Shown piece by piece: positions 8,425 through 17,225 of a DNA stretch of 64,000 nucleotides. Position numbers and translations under genes: made by a program. The notes under the pieces were generated by a model. That model was not told where the DNA came from. It was given only the letters and a program-made list of their open reading frames with translations, and made no database searches. The DNA comes from Candidatus Poribacteria bacterium (GTDB lineage Bacteria; Poribacteria; WGA-4E; PCPOR2b), in NCBI GenBank assembly GCA_965215015.1, contig OZ244042.1:2400001-2464000 (forward strand), given 5' to 3'. Each line of letters opens with the position of its first letter. Within the stretch, counting starts at the first letter, position 1.

Positions 8425-9462
8425 ATGAATACAATGAAAGCCGCGATTTACACAGGTATTGAGCAGATTAGCATCCAAGAGGTCGAATACACTTCCCCAG
8501 CACCGGGGTACGTCGGAATTGATACAAAGCAGACCGGCATCTGCGGGAGTGATTTGCACAACTATTTTGGGCACTGGGATCAATCCCATACCCACGCCGC
8601 CGGGCACGAGACCTGCGGCACTGTCATCGAACTGGGTGAAGGTGTCACAGGGCTTCAACCGGGTGATAAGGTTGCCATCGAATTTTTTTCCCACTGTGGA
8701 GGCTGCCTCTACTGCCGAAAAGGCTATTACAATCACTGTCTGGAACGTAAATGGATATCACACAATGCCCACGGGGGCTTCGCGGAATACACCAATGCCC
8801 ACATTTCAGGACTCTTTAAGCTGCCAGAAAGTATGAGTTTTGAGGAAGGGGCTTTGGTTGAGCCACTTGCAGTCTCCTACCGTGCCGTGGGGCAAGCCAA
8901 CGCAACCTATCAGGACCGAGTTGCAATCATTGGCGGCGGAACCATCGGGCAATTCGCCCTCGCAGCAGCGGTAGCGGCAGGTGTCAAGGAGACTTTAATC
9001 ACCGTCAAGTATGATCAGCAAACTCAGCTGGCAAAAGAGTTGGGGGCTGACCATGTGGTTCACATTGGCGAAACGGACCTCAAAGAGTATGTCAATGACT
9101 TGACGAGTGGTTTAGGAATGGACGCTGTGATTGAAACTGTTGGTGGGGGAGACAACTTTGATGCTGCAATGGGCATCGTCCGACGACATGGCACAGTTGT
9201 GCTCGTTGCAGGGTATTTCGAGCCGCTAGAAGTAGATTTGAGCCGTATCGTCTGGTCGGAGGCGATTGTCACCGGCTCCAATTGTTACGGCTACACCGGC
9301 ATGGACACCGATTTCGATGCGGCTATTGAACTCATCTCGTCGGGTAAGGTTGATGCGACCAAATTGGTGACCCACCGCTATCCGCTGGAGGACGTTGTTG
9401 AAGCGTTCAGAGTCTCTGCTGACAAGTGCTCCGGCGCAATCAAAGTGCATTTGTGTCAGTAA
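8425..9462 (+). CDS. Zn-dependent medium-chain alcohol/sugar dehydrogenase
   Basis: CGSD, GHE, structural Zn CxxCxxCx7C and GGGTIG motifs. Confidence 0.92.
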   Translation: MNTMKAAIYTGIEQISIQEVEYTSPAPGYVGIDTKQTGICGSDLHNYFGHWDQSHTHAAGHETCGTVIELGEGVTGLQPGDKVAIEFFSHCGGCLYCRKGYYNHCLERKWISHNAHGGFAEYTNAHISGLFKLPESMSFEEGALVEPLAVSYRAVGQANATYQDRVAIIGGGTIGQFALAAAVAAGVKETLITVKYDQQTQLAKELGADHVVHIGETDLKEYVNDLTSGLGMDAVIETVGGGDNFDAAMGIVRRHGTVVLVAGYFEPLEVDLSRIVWSEAIVTGSNCYGYTGMDTDFDAAIELISSGKVDATKLVTHRYPLEDVVEAFRVSADKCSGAIKVHLCQ

Positions 9463-9520
9463 ATTTTTAACAGCATAGCTCTGCCCATCACTAGGCGTTA
9501 ATCACTTTTCCTCTAAATTA

Positions 9521-10117
9521 TTATGCCCTTAACGCCTCTCGCAACTCATGGGTTGATTCCGCAAGTGTTCCACGTAAGTAACGCACCGAGTGTTCCGCGC
9601 TTCGATTCGGTGGCGGTTCATTGGCAAGGGCAAGCTTGAGGTTAATGAGGGTGGGTCCTGCCTCCGCCAAAATTGACGGTAGCAAAGCATCTAGTGAATC
9701 CGGGGCGTCGAATTCATAAAATTTCTCAAATCCAGCACCGCGTGCAATGGTTGTAAAACTGAAATTCTGCCCGCCCGGGATAGGTTGATTTCCCGTTACC
9801 TCATACGAGCCATTTTCGCACACAAAAAGGTAGTAGTTGTGTGCAGGTTTATTTAGCGCGGTTACGGTTGCTAGTGTCCCCAAACACATTAACATGCTGC
9901 CATCCCCGTTGAGGACAAGTACTTTTTTATCTGGTCTCGCTAGTGCAATTCCTAACCCGAAGTCCGCTGCGTGTCCCATCGCACTGCCGACGGAGGCATA
10001 GTCGAGCGGATGCTCTGAAATCAGCCCCCAGGGTACGGTGACCCCCATCGTTGCAATGACAACCTCGTCCGTGCGGTGCTTCGCAATGACTTTCAGGCAT
10101 TCCTCCTTATTGAACAT
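9521..10117 (-). CDS. TPP-binding enzyme C-terminal subunit (sulfopyruvate/phosphonopyruvate decarboxylase beta-like)
   Basis: GSAMGHA..GLGIA, GDG-X-N TPP motif and YEVTGNQP. Confidence 0.8.
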   Translation of the reverse strand: MFNKEECLKVIAKHRTDEVVIATMGVTVPWGLISEHPLDYASVGSAMGHAADFGLGIALARPDKKVLVLNGDGSMLMCLGTLATVTALNKPAHNYYLFVCENGSYEVTGNQPIPGGQNFSFTTIARGAGFEKFYEFDAPDSLDALLPSILAEAGPTLINLKLALANEPPPNRSAEHSVRYLRGTLAESTHELREALRA

Positions 10118-10136
10118 AATTTAACTCCTTTCAGCC

Positions 10137-11393
10137 TTACTCTTTTGATTCTTGTGGGGTAAACTGGATCACTGGTAGGGTTCGGATCTCCGTTGCCATT
10201 GCCTGAACGTATTGCTCAAACGCCTCCGGCGTCGCTATTTCAGCTGGTTCTTCCCCCAAAGCAGAAACAATTCGGTAGAAAACTTCATCGTGGTGATCAA
10301 GCTGCATTAATATAGTCTGTCCCACCTCTGAATTTAAAAATGTGTCAAACCTCTCTACCGGATAAATAACCCCAAAGCCGCTTTCAGGGGTGTTTGGCGT
10401 TTCTGCCTCCCAGTTCCATACCCAACCATCTTTCTTATTTCTGACCGGGGTGTTCCCGCGGTTCGGCAGACGGATTGCAACGCGGTATCTGTCTCCTAAC
10501 CCTTGAGCATTGATACGGTGTTCTCCCCACTGGTGCCCAGCATAGATTGAAAAAGTGGACGTGAAAGAAATCTCTAGGTCTGACGACAAAGCCCAATCAG
10601 GTATAATTCGCTGTACGATTGATCTTACGGGTCCATCAGCCAAAATGCGCACATAATCCCTTTGATTTTCAAAAGGGATTAGTGTTTGCGCGTCCATATC
10701 CCAAAGCCCGTATCCACTTCCGCCCCTAACTCCCGCTGTCGTAAGAAGTGGTGTCAGAATTTCCTCATCTGAATCTGATGGCTTTGTCGTCTGGCGAACA
10801 AACTGGTCAAGAAACAATCCCTTTGTTTTCTTTCCGTAGGCGTCAATTGAACCGTTAGAATGAAGGAGGTAGGCAATCCATTCTGATTCTAATGCGGCAA
10901 ATCCCTCTAACTCCGGGAATATCCCCGCCCGCGTCTGCCGGGTAAACCCAAGTGTGACCGACATCTGGTTATCGGGAGCATAGCGAATCGTGATACCCTT
11001 TGTTTCCTGCGACTCAAGGTCTACAAGAAAGACCAGCTCGTCTTTCTGACCGTCGTAGTTTGTGTCGTCTGCTTGGCTTGGAATCTCGATCTGAGCCGGT
11101 GGTTGCCCTGAAACGACTAGATAGGCATCAAATGAAAAGTCGGAGGCAACCTGCCTCAGTTCAGCAAGCGACAGCACAATCGGCACATTGACGCGCTTGA
11201 CCGGTAGGGTATTCTGTATGGTCAGTTGAATCTGTGGGATGTCACGGTTTTGACCGCCGGGGAAATTACAGCCAGCAATCCACAGCAATAGCAAGCCAAA
11301 ACCTAAATAATGGAAAGCCCTCTTTAGATGATAAAGATGGGGTCTTTTGCAGAGTTTCCGCTCTTTTTCTGAATTGGTGAACAAACCGGTCAA
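10137..11393 (-). CDS. DUF4861-like putative lipoprotein
   Basis: Lipobox-like IAGC; SQADD..DGQKDELVF, IDAYGK and ILADGPVRS motifs. Confidence 0.6.
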   Translation of the reverse strand: MTGLFTNSEKERKLCKRPHLYHLKRAFHYLGFGLLLLWIAGCNFPGGQNRDIPQIQLTIQNTLPVKRVNVPIVLSLAELRQVASDFSFDAYLVVSGQPPAQIEIPSQADDTNYDGQKDELVFLVDLESQETKGITIRYAPDNQMSVTLGFTRQTRAGIFPELEGFAALESEWIAYLLHSNGSIDAYGKKTKGLFLDQFVRQTTKPSDSDEEILTPLLTTAGVRGGSGYGLWDMDAQTLIPFENQRDYVRILADGPVRSIVQRIIPDWALSSDLEISFTSTFSIYAGHQWGEHRINAQGLGDRYRVAIRLPNRGNTPVRNKKDGWVWNWEAETPNTPESGFGVIYPVERFDTFLNSEVGQTILMQLDHHDEVFYRIVSALGEEPAEIATPEAFEQYVQAMATEIRTLPVIQFTPQESKE

Positions 11394-11482
11394 GATGCTT
11401 CCTCCCTGCTAAACAAAATAACCGATCTGCAAAGAAAAGTCAAGACTCATCTGATGATAAAACTCGCGTGGCTTGGTATAAC

Positions 11483-11759
11483 TAGGGCATGTTGACATTT
11501 CACTAGCACCAATTCGGCAAACGTTGTTACCGTCGGGCAAGCCGACATCAACGGAACTCGTCGGTCGAGATTCATATCTCAACAGAATACTGTCCCACTA
11601 CAATCTTGGTTCAATCCGCCTGGACTCTCGCTCTAGAGTCTAGGTCTTGTCGATTTTGGAAAATCGACCGACAACAGGGCGACCACGAGGGGTGCCCCTA
11701 CAACAATGGTCTCAAATAGGTCGAGATGGATTCAGTTTGTCAAATGTCAACAGAACCTA
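11483..11759. mobile_element. MITE-like element with IS5-like ends (TAGGGCATGTTGACATTT / AAATGTCAACAGAACCTA)
   Basis: Terminal inverted repeats; second copy with the same ends at 30313-30611; internal REP modules. Confidence 0.75.
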
Positions 11760-11863
11760 AGAACCTGTTTTGACAATAGGTGGCAAAGCCATTTTAGATC
11801 ATTTGAAGAATTTGCCCCAAAATGGACCTGCTCAAAAACGGATTTGAAATGTTTGACGGATTC

Positions 11864-12121
11864 TTAACCATCATGATTTTGCCAATCGATTTCATCAAGT
11901 GTCTCTGCAGTCAGCACTTTCTCAAAGAGCGAATCCAAACAGGAGAGACTCCGTATCAAGCTAATCTGACTGGTTACAGATTCAGGAACGGAATCAAATC
12001 GGAACCGCAGCAGCTTGAGGAGTGCCGCCTGTTTCGCTTGGGCCTCACCCTGTTCAATGCCTTGTTCAATGCCTTGGGCTTTGCCCCGTTCAATGAGATG
12101 CTCTGCCATTGTCTGCGCCAT
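11864..12121 (-). CDS. Stand-alone copy of the Rpn C-terminal domain (RpnS-like, 85 aa)
   Basis: Own AGGAGG RBS 8 nt before ATG; near-identical to the rpn C-terminus. Confidence 0.7.
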   Translation of the reverse strand: MAQTMAEHLIERGKAQGIEQGIEQGEAQAKQAALLKLLRFRFDSVPESVTSQISLIRSLSCLDSLFEKVLTAETLDEIDWQNHDG

Positions 12122-12208
12122 GAATCCTACCTCCTCTCTATCTGAAGGCTCTTGAATATGTTGGTCTACAAGTCTGCTTAACTCTTCTTTGAAATGTTTG
12201 ACGGATTC

Positions 12209-12502
12209 TTAACCATCATGATTTTGCCAATCGATTTCATCAAGTGTCTCTGCGGTCAGCACTTTCTCAAAAAGCGAATCCAAACGCGACAGACTCCGTA
12301 TCAAGCTAATCTGACTGGTTACAGATTCAGGAACGGAATCAAATCGGAACCGCAGCAGCTTGAGGAGTGCCGCCTGTTTCGCCTGGGCCTCACCCTGTTC
12401 AATGCCTTGTTCAATACCTTGTTCAATACCTTGGGCTTTGCCCTGTTCAATGCCTTGGGCTTTGCCCCGTTCAATGAGATGCTCTGCCATTGTCTGCGCC
12501 AT
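12209..12502 (-). CDS. In-frame internal gene (RpnS-like, 97 aa) within rpn
   Basis: AGGAGG (12511-12516) 8 nt upstream of the internal Met of MAQTMAEHLIE. Confidence 0.65.
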   Translation of the reverse strand: MAQTMAEHLIERGKAQGIEQGKAQGIEQGIEQGIEQGEAQAKQAALLKLLRFRFDSVPESVTSQISLIRSLSRLDSLFEKVLTAETLDEIDWQNHDG

Positions 12503-13327
12503 GAATCCTACCTCCTCTCTATCTGAAGATTCTTGAATATGTTGGTCTACAAGTCTGCTTAACTCTTCGTGCTCCGCCACAGGACGACGATGTAATATCA
12601 GCAAAAGCAGATAGGATATCGCCCGACGACGCTGCCGCGCTTGCGTTTCACCAAGAGTATTGATGTGCAACATCGCTTCGATTAACGCACCCCTTATCAC
12701 TTCCTTGGACCCATCTTCCTTTTGCAAAACCGTTAACAACCACCCAAGCGGATGGTCAGTCCGCGTCAGGATCGCCTCATCTGTCTCCTTCACACTGAGA
12801 AACAGGGTGTCGAACTTCGGGACAAACCGAGAAAACACATCGGAAGTGTCCATGACTGCATCGAGGGTCAATGGGGTGCTCCATCTCTGTTCGCCGGTGT
12901 AAAATACAATCGGGAGAATCGGACGGAAACGCCACTGACTTTTGGGAACATTGTTGGATTCCCACTCCCTGCGTTGGGCATCCCAAATCTGGGTCATGTA
13001 GAACAGCACCCGAAATCCCATTATCGCATCGACGGTGGATTGGTGTTCGATGAGGATATAGATTAGCAGTTCGTCGGTTTCGGATTCGCTATGCAGTGGC
13101 ACGCTAAATACGAGGTCCGATTCCTGCTGTCGGAGGTTGTCGGTTATAAAACTCCTGTTCATCTGTGCGAGTTGGGTAAAATCGATGAGTTCTACCAGTT
13201 CGGTTGCGAGGATTTCTAACAATCCTCGGACGTTGTGTTTATCTTGGAACAACCATCGGGCACTCCGGTCGGGGAAGTGTTCAATGTGTATGTCGAAAAA
13301 ATTGAGTATTTCTGTTGCTTCTACCAT
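12209..13327 (-). CDS. Rpn family recombination-promoting nuclease / putative transposase (YhgA-like, PD-(D/E)XK)
   Basis: ESDLVFSV, IYILIEHQS and PILPIVFYTG motifs; C-terminal (GIEQ)n repeat. Confidence 0.92.
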   Translation of the reverse strand: MVEATEILNFFDIHIEHFPDRSARWLFQDKHNVRGLLEILATELVELIDFTQLAQMNRSFITDNLRQQESDLVFSVPLHSESETDELLIYILIEHQSTVDAIMGFRVLFYMTQIWDAQRREWESNNVPKSQWRFRPILPIVFYTGEQRWSTPLTLDAVMDTSDVFSRFVPKFDTLFLSVKETDEAILTRTDHPLGWLLTVLQKEDGSKEVIRGALIEAMLHINTLGETQARQRRRAISYLLLLILHRRPVAEHEELSRLVDQHIQESSDREEVGFMAQTMAEHLIERGKAQGIEQGKAQGIEQGIEQGIEQGEAQAKQAALLKLLRFRFDSVPESVTSQISLIRSLSRLDSLFEKVLTAETLDEIDWQNHDG

Positions 13328-13372
13328 AGCTCCTTAGGTTTTCAAACAGGTTCTAAACAATCAGCCAAATTA

Positions 13373-13576
13373 TAGGGGAATTGCATCTTTTATAGAAATT
13401 AGGCAGTTGAGAAATCAGAAAGTGGAGCTAACCCCTGTCGTGGCGCAGAGACTGGCCTCGATGAAATCAGGGTATCCTTAGCTGTAGGGGCACAGGTTAG
13501 ACAACCTATGGCTACGAATAGATTGCCACTGTCGTATATCAAGGGTCTACACAATAGTTTACATGCGATTGCCCTA
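13373..13576. mobile_element. MITE-like element with TAGGGGAATTGCAT / ATGCGATTGCCCTA ends (ISAs1-like)
   Basis: Imperfect TIRs; left part repeated at 2198; internal GTAG hairpin. Confidence 0.6.
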
Positions 13577-13580
13577 GATG

Positions 13581-14198
13581 TCACCTCAGATCGTCTGACT
13601 CTAATTTCTGATCAATCTGTGATTTTACCTCATCTAGCAGGGGTTGGGCAACATCTGAATCTAACGCCTCATTTGGCTGAATTTCCTCGTCCGGTTCTTC
13701 CGTTTTCAAGAGTTCTGCGAAATCGTACGCGTCCAAATCGATTGCGTCGTACCACTCGGTTTCGGGAAAAAGATCGGTCACAGGGTCTTCTGGCTCGGTG
13801 ATTTCCTGCAAAAGTTGAAGTTTCCTCGACGCTGCTTCCTCTGTTGGAGAAGTTTGCGGGGCATTACTAAAATCTGTTCTTGAAAAATCCCACATTGAAT
13901 CTACCTCATTTCCCTGTTTTTCCGATTGGACACCCTCTGTGTTGTACTGTGAGGGTGTTGATTCTTTTACATAGCTAGGGAAATAAGTGTGCACCTCATC
14001 AGCGTTGAGGAGCTCTGGTTCCCCTCTCAGGATAATCGTGTTCGGTGAATATGCTGCCAATACCCAATCCACCATTTGACGGACCGATACGGCAATGGAA
14101 TGGAAAATTGGGTTCAAGTTGCCGATTGCATCAATCTGAAGCAATCCCAATATTAACAGTAGGGCTAATAGGAAAATGCCGATAAATTTTATCTTCAT
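13581..14198 (-). CDS. Hypothetical protein with N-terminal membrane anchor and acidic C-terminus
   Basis: 205-aa ORF with GAGGAGG RBS; no recognisable motif. Confidence 0.7.
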   Translation of the reverse strand: MKIKFIGIFLLALLLILGLLQIDAIGNLNPIFHSIAVSVRQMVDWVLAAYSPNTIILRGEPELLNADEVHTYFPSYVKESTPSQYNTEGVQSEKQGNEVDSMWDFSRTDFSNAPQTSPTEEAASRKLQLLQEITEPEDPVTDLFPETEWYDAIDLDAYDFAELLKTEEPDEEIQPNEALDSDVAQPLLDEVKSQIDQKLESDDLR

Positions 14199-14370
14199 CC
14201 ATGTCCCCTCCTCAATTTTGAAGCGAAAGCCTTTCGACGCAATGCCTACCAGCTTTGAATTCCGTGCATAGTTTTTTTACCTTAACGGATAACGTCCATA
14301 ATTCCTTTAACTTATCATAACATACAATTGTTAAAAAAGTATTAAAATAATGTGAATTCTGAATGAACTA

Positions 14371-14870
14371 TTGACGTACTCCCAAAGCGGAAGCATTGGG
14401 AGTCTTATATGCTATGCTAGCCATGTTTACATAGATGCCAGTGAAACCGGACACCTATCGGGGACGCCATCACCCTAACTACAGGACTCAACAAGCCTCC
14501 TGATACTTTGTTCATACTTTGTTCCAAAGGTTGATTGCACCCACGACGTAATAGATTTTCCCCTTGTCCATAAATAGGGGAGTCTGCTTTTCAGATGGGG
14601 AAATGCCTCTCTGAGCATTCGTGAAGTATAGCCTTTGATTCGTGTAATTGTAGAAGTAATTGCCTTTTGAGGCGGCAAACCGGCTACAAGGTGAACATGA
14701 TCAGGCATAACCTTTATTTCATGACAATATAGCCATAGTTGCTTTGTTGTTCATGAATCAAAGTGTTGAGTCGTAATGCTATATCATGGCTCAAAACAGG
14801 TCTACGGTACTTAGTACACCAGTCGCATCTATACACTGCTGACCTTTGTGGTTATATTGAGTATCTGCAT
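14371..14870 (-). pseudogene. tnpA: IS200/IS605 remnant: disrupted TnpA (Y1 HUH) plus end hairpin, no tnpB
   Basis: MPDHVHL, IKGYTSRMLREAFPHLKSRLPYLWTR; stops in the 5' part; ACTCCCAA..TTGGGAGT hairpin at 14378-14403. Confidence 0.85.
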
Positions 14871-15052
14871 AAAATAAACCTTGCCTTTCTATTAATTATA
14901 TGCAAATATTATAACATAAAAAAATACTATAAAATTAAAAAAATGCGAAAGCACTAAAGCACTATTGTATCCCAAACCTAAAGCATTAGGATTTAGCACT
15001 AAAATGATTTTTTTTCGTTAAACGCTTGATATGCTTGAATTTGACCGGATAC

Positions 15053-15952
15053 TTATTCAATTGCTTCAATCTGTGCAATGAGCTCCGGCGGTAGATAGTG
15101 CCCGTCAGCCACCGAAGCCGACATTTCCAACTCTTCAATAGATGCCACCCCTGACAGCAAGATAGACACACGCGAATCCGATAGAAGATAACGCAGGGCG
15201 ATATGAGTGATGTCTTCGGGTTGACCTGCCAGTAGGGATTCTACCTGTTCCAACCTATCGTAAAGGTTGGCGAAGCGTCCGCTTTGCATCCACAATTCCC
15301 GTTTTGATCCCAAAAGTCCGGCATGGAGCGGTGAGGCGGTAATTACGGCGACATCGCGCGCCGCCGCGGTGGGGACCAAAATTTCCTGGGCCTCCTGTGT
15401 GAGCAGGTCATACTTGCAAAAAGTGATTATCGAAACAAAGGCATCCGACTCTGTCAAAACATCTCGCATCAACCCAAGATCTGAACCGGTCAAACCGATA
15501 TGCTGGGTCAGTCCTTGCTCCCGGATTTCCAAGAGAGCTTCCAGCGTCCTGCCAGTCCCAAAGATCCCTGCTCTGCCTGCCTGCTCTGCTTCGTGGATTT
15601 GCAGCAAGTCAACCTTATCCCGTTGTAGACGCTTTAGGCTTGATTCAAATCCGCGCCAAACTGTGTCTCGCGTGTAGTCAAACGGCTCCGGGTAGTAGCC
15701 CACTTTGGTCGCTAGGTAGTACGGCTCGGTCACACCTTTCAGGGCAGCCCCCAACACCTCCTCGCTACGTCCCTGACCATAGAGGGGGGCTGTATCAAAA
15801 TAATTAATTCCGAGCTCCAACGCTCGCTCGACAATACGGGCGCCGTAGGAAAACGGCTTTAGCCCGAATTCCGGGCGTCCATAAAACCACGAGCCACCCA
15901 AGCCAATCTCACTGACCTGCCAATCTGTTTTACCAAATCGTCGGTACTGCAT
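15053..15952 (-). CDS. Aldo/keto reductase
   Basis: GINYFDTAPLYG, LATKVG and DLLQIH motifs. Confidence 0.93.
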   Translation of the reverse strand: MQYRRFGKTDWQVSEIGLGGSWFYGRPEFGLKPFSYGARIVERALELGINYFDTAPLYGQGRSEEVLGAALKGVTEPYYLATKVGYYPEPFDYTRDTVWRGFESSLKRLQRDKVDLLQIHEAEQAGRAGIFGTGRTLEALLEIREQGLTQHIGLTGSDLGLMRDVLTESDAFVSIITFCKYDLLTQEAQEILVPTAAARDVAVITASPLHAGLLGSKRELWMQSGRFANLYDRLEQVESLLAGQPEDITHIALRYLLSDSRVSILLSGVASIEELEMSASVADGHYLPPELIAQIEAIE

Positions 15953-15960
15953 CTTTCCTC

Positions 15961-16974
15961 CTAAAACCCAACTGCTTTCAGCAATCCCTTCAGATAGCCA
16001 ACTGCGTAGACAAAGCCTTGCCCGCCAATTTCGTTTTCGTAAAGCGTGTGGGGACAGTGCCCGGGAAGTAACACACTGTCAAACCCGACCTCTTTGAAGA
16101 CTTGAAGTACAGCAAGAAAATCGCAATCCGCTTCATCTAAGAAGCATTCTTGGAATTTCGGTACTGTTCCTTGAACACCTTGAGCGTGTCCGTAGACGAT
16201 TTGCTCCCGTTCTCCAAAATGACGGATTGCCGCGAGAATATCAGTCCCCATCGCTGTCCAATTTCCAAGACAGAAGTTGAGACCACTCCCCCGGCTGTTA
16301 TTGGCAATGTCCATTGCGCGATGGAATCCATCGAAATCGTGGAATAGCCGCGGGATGCCGCCCAGTTTCTCTAGCGGTGGATCATCTGGATGAAGTGCGA
16401 GCCGGACCCCAGCTGCTTCCGCCTCTGGAAGGACTGCCTTAATGAAATATTCATAATTCTCCCACATCTCATCATCTGTGTATTCCCGGTCACGAAACAG
16501 AGGCGAGTGCTTTGCGATGTCCAAATCAAAACTGCTGACATGCGAACCACCCCGCCCAAGGGTTGTCAGCGAGGTGCGCCAAGAATTCCGCGTCACGCCC
16601 GGTTGGTTGACCATCCAGTGGTAGCCGTAGACCGGAATACTCGCTCTACCCATGTTGCGGATGGTGATAATCACATTCTCAATTTGCTGATCACGTCTCG
16701 GCAGCCCTAGCATCGCTCGATCGTAACAGCACGCCGGAAGCGGATTTTCGATCCCAATGACCCTTAATCCAGCATCCTCGCAACGCTTTCGGACCATTAC
16801 GAGGTCGAGAAAATCCCAATGTGCACCGGGTTTATCAGCGTTCTCAATTGAGAATCGCTGTGCAGCGTCGGGATGAGAAGCGGAACTGAGTACCACGTCG
16901 TCAACACCATACTGTTTTAGAAAATGTAGGTAATCATCCCGTGCATCCAGCCGCGCGTAGGAACAAATCCTCAT
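15961..16974 (-). CDS. Mannonate dehydratase (UxuA) family protein
   Basis: MWENYEYF..AVLPEAEAAGVRLALHPDDPP and FCLG motifs. Confidence 0.85.
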   Translation of the reverse strand: MRICSYARLDARDDYLHFLKQYGVDDVVLSSASHPDAAQRFSIENADKPGAHWDFLDLVMVRKRCEDAGLRVIGIENPLPACCYDRAMLGLPRRDQQIENVIITIRNMGRASIPVYGYHWMVNQPGVTRNSWRTSLTTLGRGGSHVSSFDLDIAKHSPLFRDREYTDDEMWENYEYFIKAVLPEAEAAGVRLALHPDDPPLEKLGGIPRLFHDFDGFHRAMDIANNSRGSGLNFCLGNWTAMGTDILAAIRHFGEREQIVYGHAQGVQGTVPKFQECFLDEADCDFLAVLQVFKEVGFDSVLLPGHCPHTLYENEIGGQGFVYAVGYLKGLLKAVGF

Positions 16975-17086
16975 GTCTACCTCCTATGTTGATTAGATAC
17001 AAATTATTATAACCTATCTTTGGGCTGTTTTTGAATCTAAACTTGTAGGATATACCGACTTTTGTGTCGATTTTCGGACTTTGATG

Positions 17087-17115
17087 TTGACCCCATGCTA
17101 ACTTTCTGCTAAAAT
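17087..17115 (+). promoter_or_regulatory. Sigma70-type promoter of the 17226-20199 cluster
   Basis: TTGACC, 17 bp spacer, TAAAAT with extended TG. Confidence 0.55.
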
Positions 17116-17225
17116 GTACCAAAAGTGTAGGTAGATCATTAAGATGGCTTTTTTAATCCTTCGCGCGGAATTGCAATGGTTGAATCATAATCTTTCCTCG
17201 TCAAATAGGGGTAAGGCAAGCAGAG

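Larger units (their letters stand above)
11843..12568. repeat. Tandem duplication of the rpn 3' end (345 bp, 11843-12187; 381 bp, 12188-12568)
   Basis: Near-identical copies differing by three 12-bp units and several substitutions. Confidence 0.95.
11761..13353. mobile_element. Non-autonomous cassette with GAACCTGTTT inverted ends and TAA flanking duplication, carrying rpn genes
   Basis: TAA|GAACCTGTTT at 11758-11770 and AAACAGGTTC|TAA at 13344-13356. Confidence 0.6.

Noticed and set aside
11822-12526. Two similar plus-strand ORFs (107 and 110 aa)
   Set aside because: Antisense shadows of the duplicated rpn 3' end
11843-12568. DGR template/variable repeat pair
   Set aside because: No reverse transcriptase, differences are not adenine-specific, and copies are directly tandem
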